Below are positions 63,864-64,000 of a stretch of DNA of 64,000 nucleotides, piece after piece. The stretch is from Nemertoderma westbladi (Eukaryota > Animalia > Xenacoelomorpha). A program made the position numbers and the translations under genes. Every line of letters starts with the position of its first letter. Position 1 is the first letter of the stretch. The stretch lies in contig JAUCBJ010008295.1 in assembly GCA_032718475.1 (NCBI GenBank), forward strand, positions 1 to 64,000. Reading direction: 5' to 3'. Under the pieces are notes generated by a model. That model had not been told where the DNA came from and ran no database searches. It was given only the letters and a program-made list of their open reading frames with translations.

Positions 63864-64000
63864 TCTTTATCTAATATAATATAACCAGCTAAAGACCCTC
63901 TATACTTTATTTTTTCTATCATCTTTACACGATTTAAATAACGGCTATAGCGTACAAACCTATGGTATGAAATGGACGTGGTGTCCTGTGTGCTCTGCAG

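Larger units (their letters stand above)
61570..63900 (+). mobile_element. Penelope-like element (Neptune-type), 5'-degenerate
   Basis: RT motif YKRFVDD, LPFLDV and LYKKPT, linker CNSSRCLTC, GIY-YIG (VCYLAWC..YYIGQT..L.ERF..H), and a downstream hammerhead-like motif. Confidence 0.88.

Overview
Repeat-dense eukaryotic (invertebrate-like) DNA. It holds three copies of one unusually large BEL/Pao LTR retrotransposon family: E1 at <1-5316 (minus, cut by the window edge), E2 at 16517-30447 (minus, heavily deleted and chimeric) and E3 at 40225-56716 (plus, 1223-bp near-identical LTRs, ACACT target-site duplication). Between them lie several satellites, a foldback-type element, fragments of CRE-like and RTE-like LINEs, a Neptune-type Penelope-like element with a minimal hammerhead ribozyme, and one clear host gene (intronless NAA50). 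The main finding is that none of the three BEL/Pao copies has a tRNA primer-binding site. Instead, the 11-13 nt directly after each 5' LTR are the exact reverse complement of a segment about 750 nt upstream inside the same LTR. That sequence differs between copies but always pairs perfectly, which is the geometry of Tf1-type self-primed reverse transcription. The two copies whose pol region is visible both lack the RT catalytic core, and the family carries a large 3' accessory region encoding a Cys/His-rich protein.
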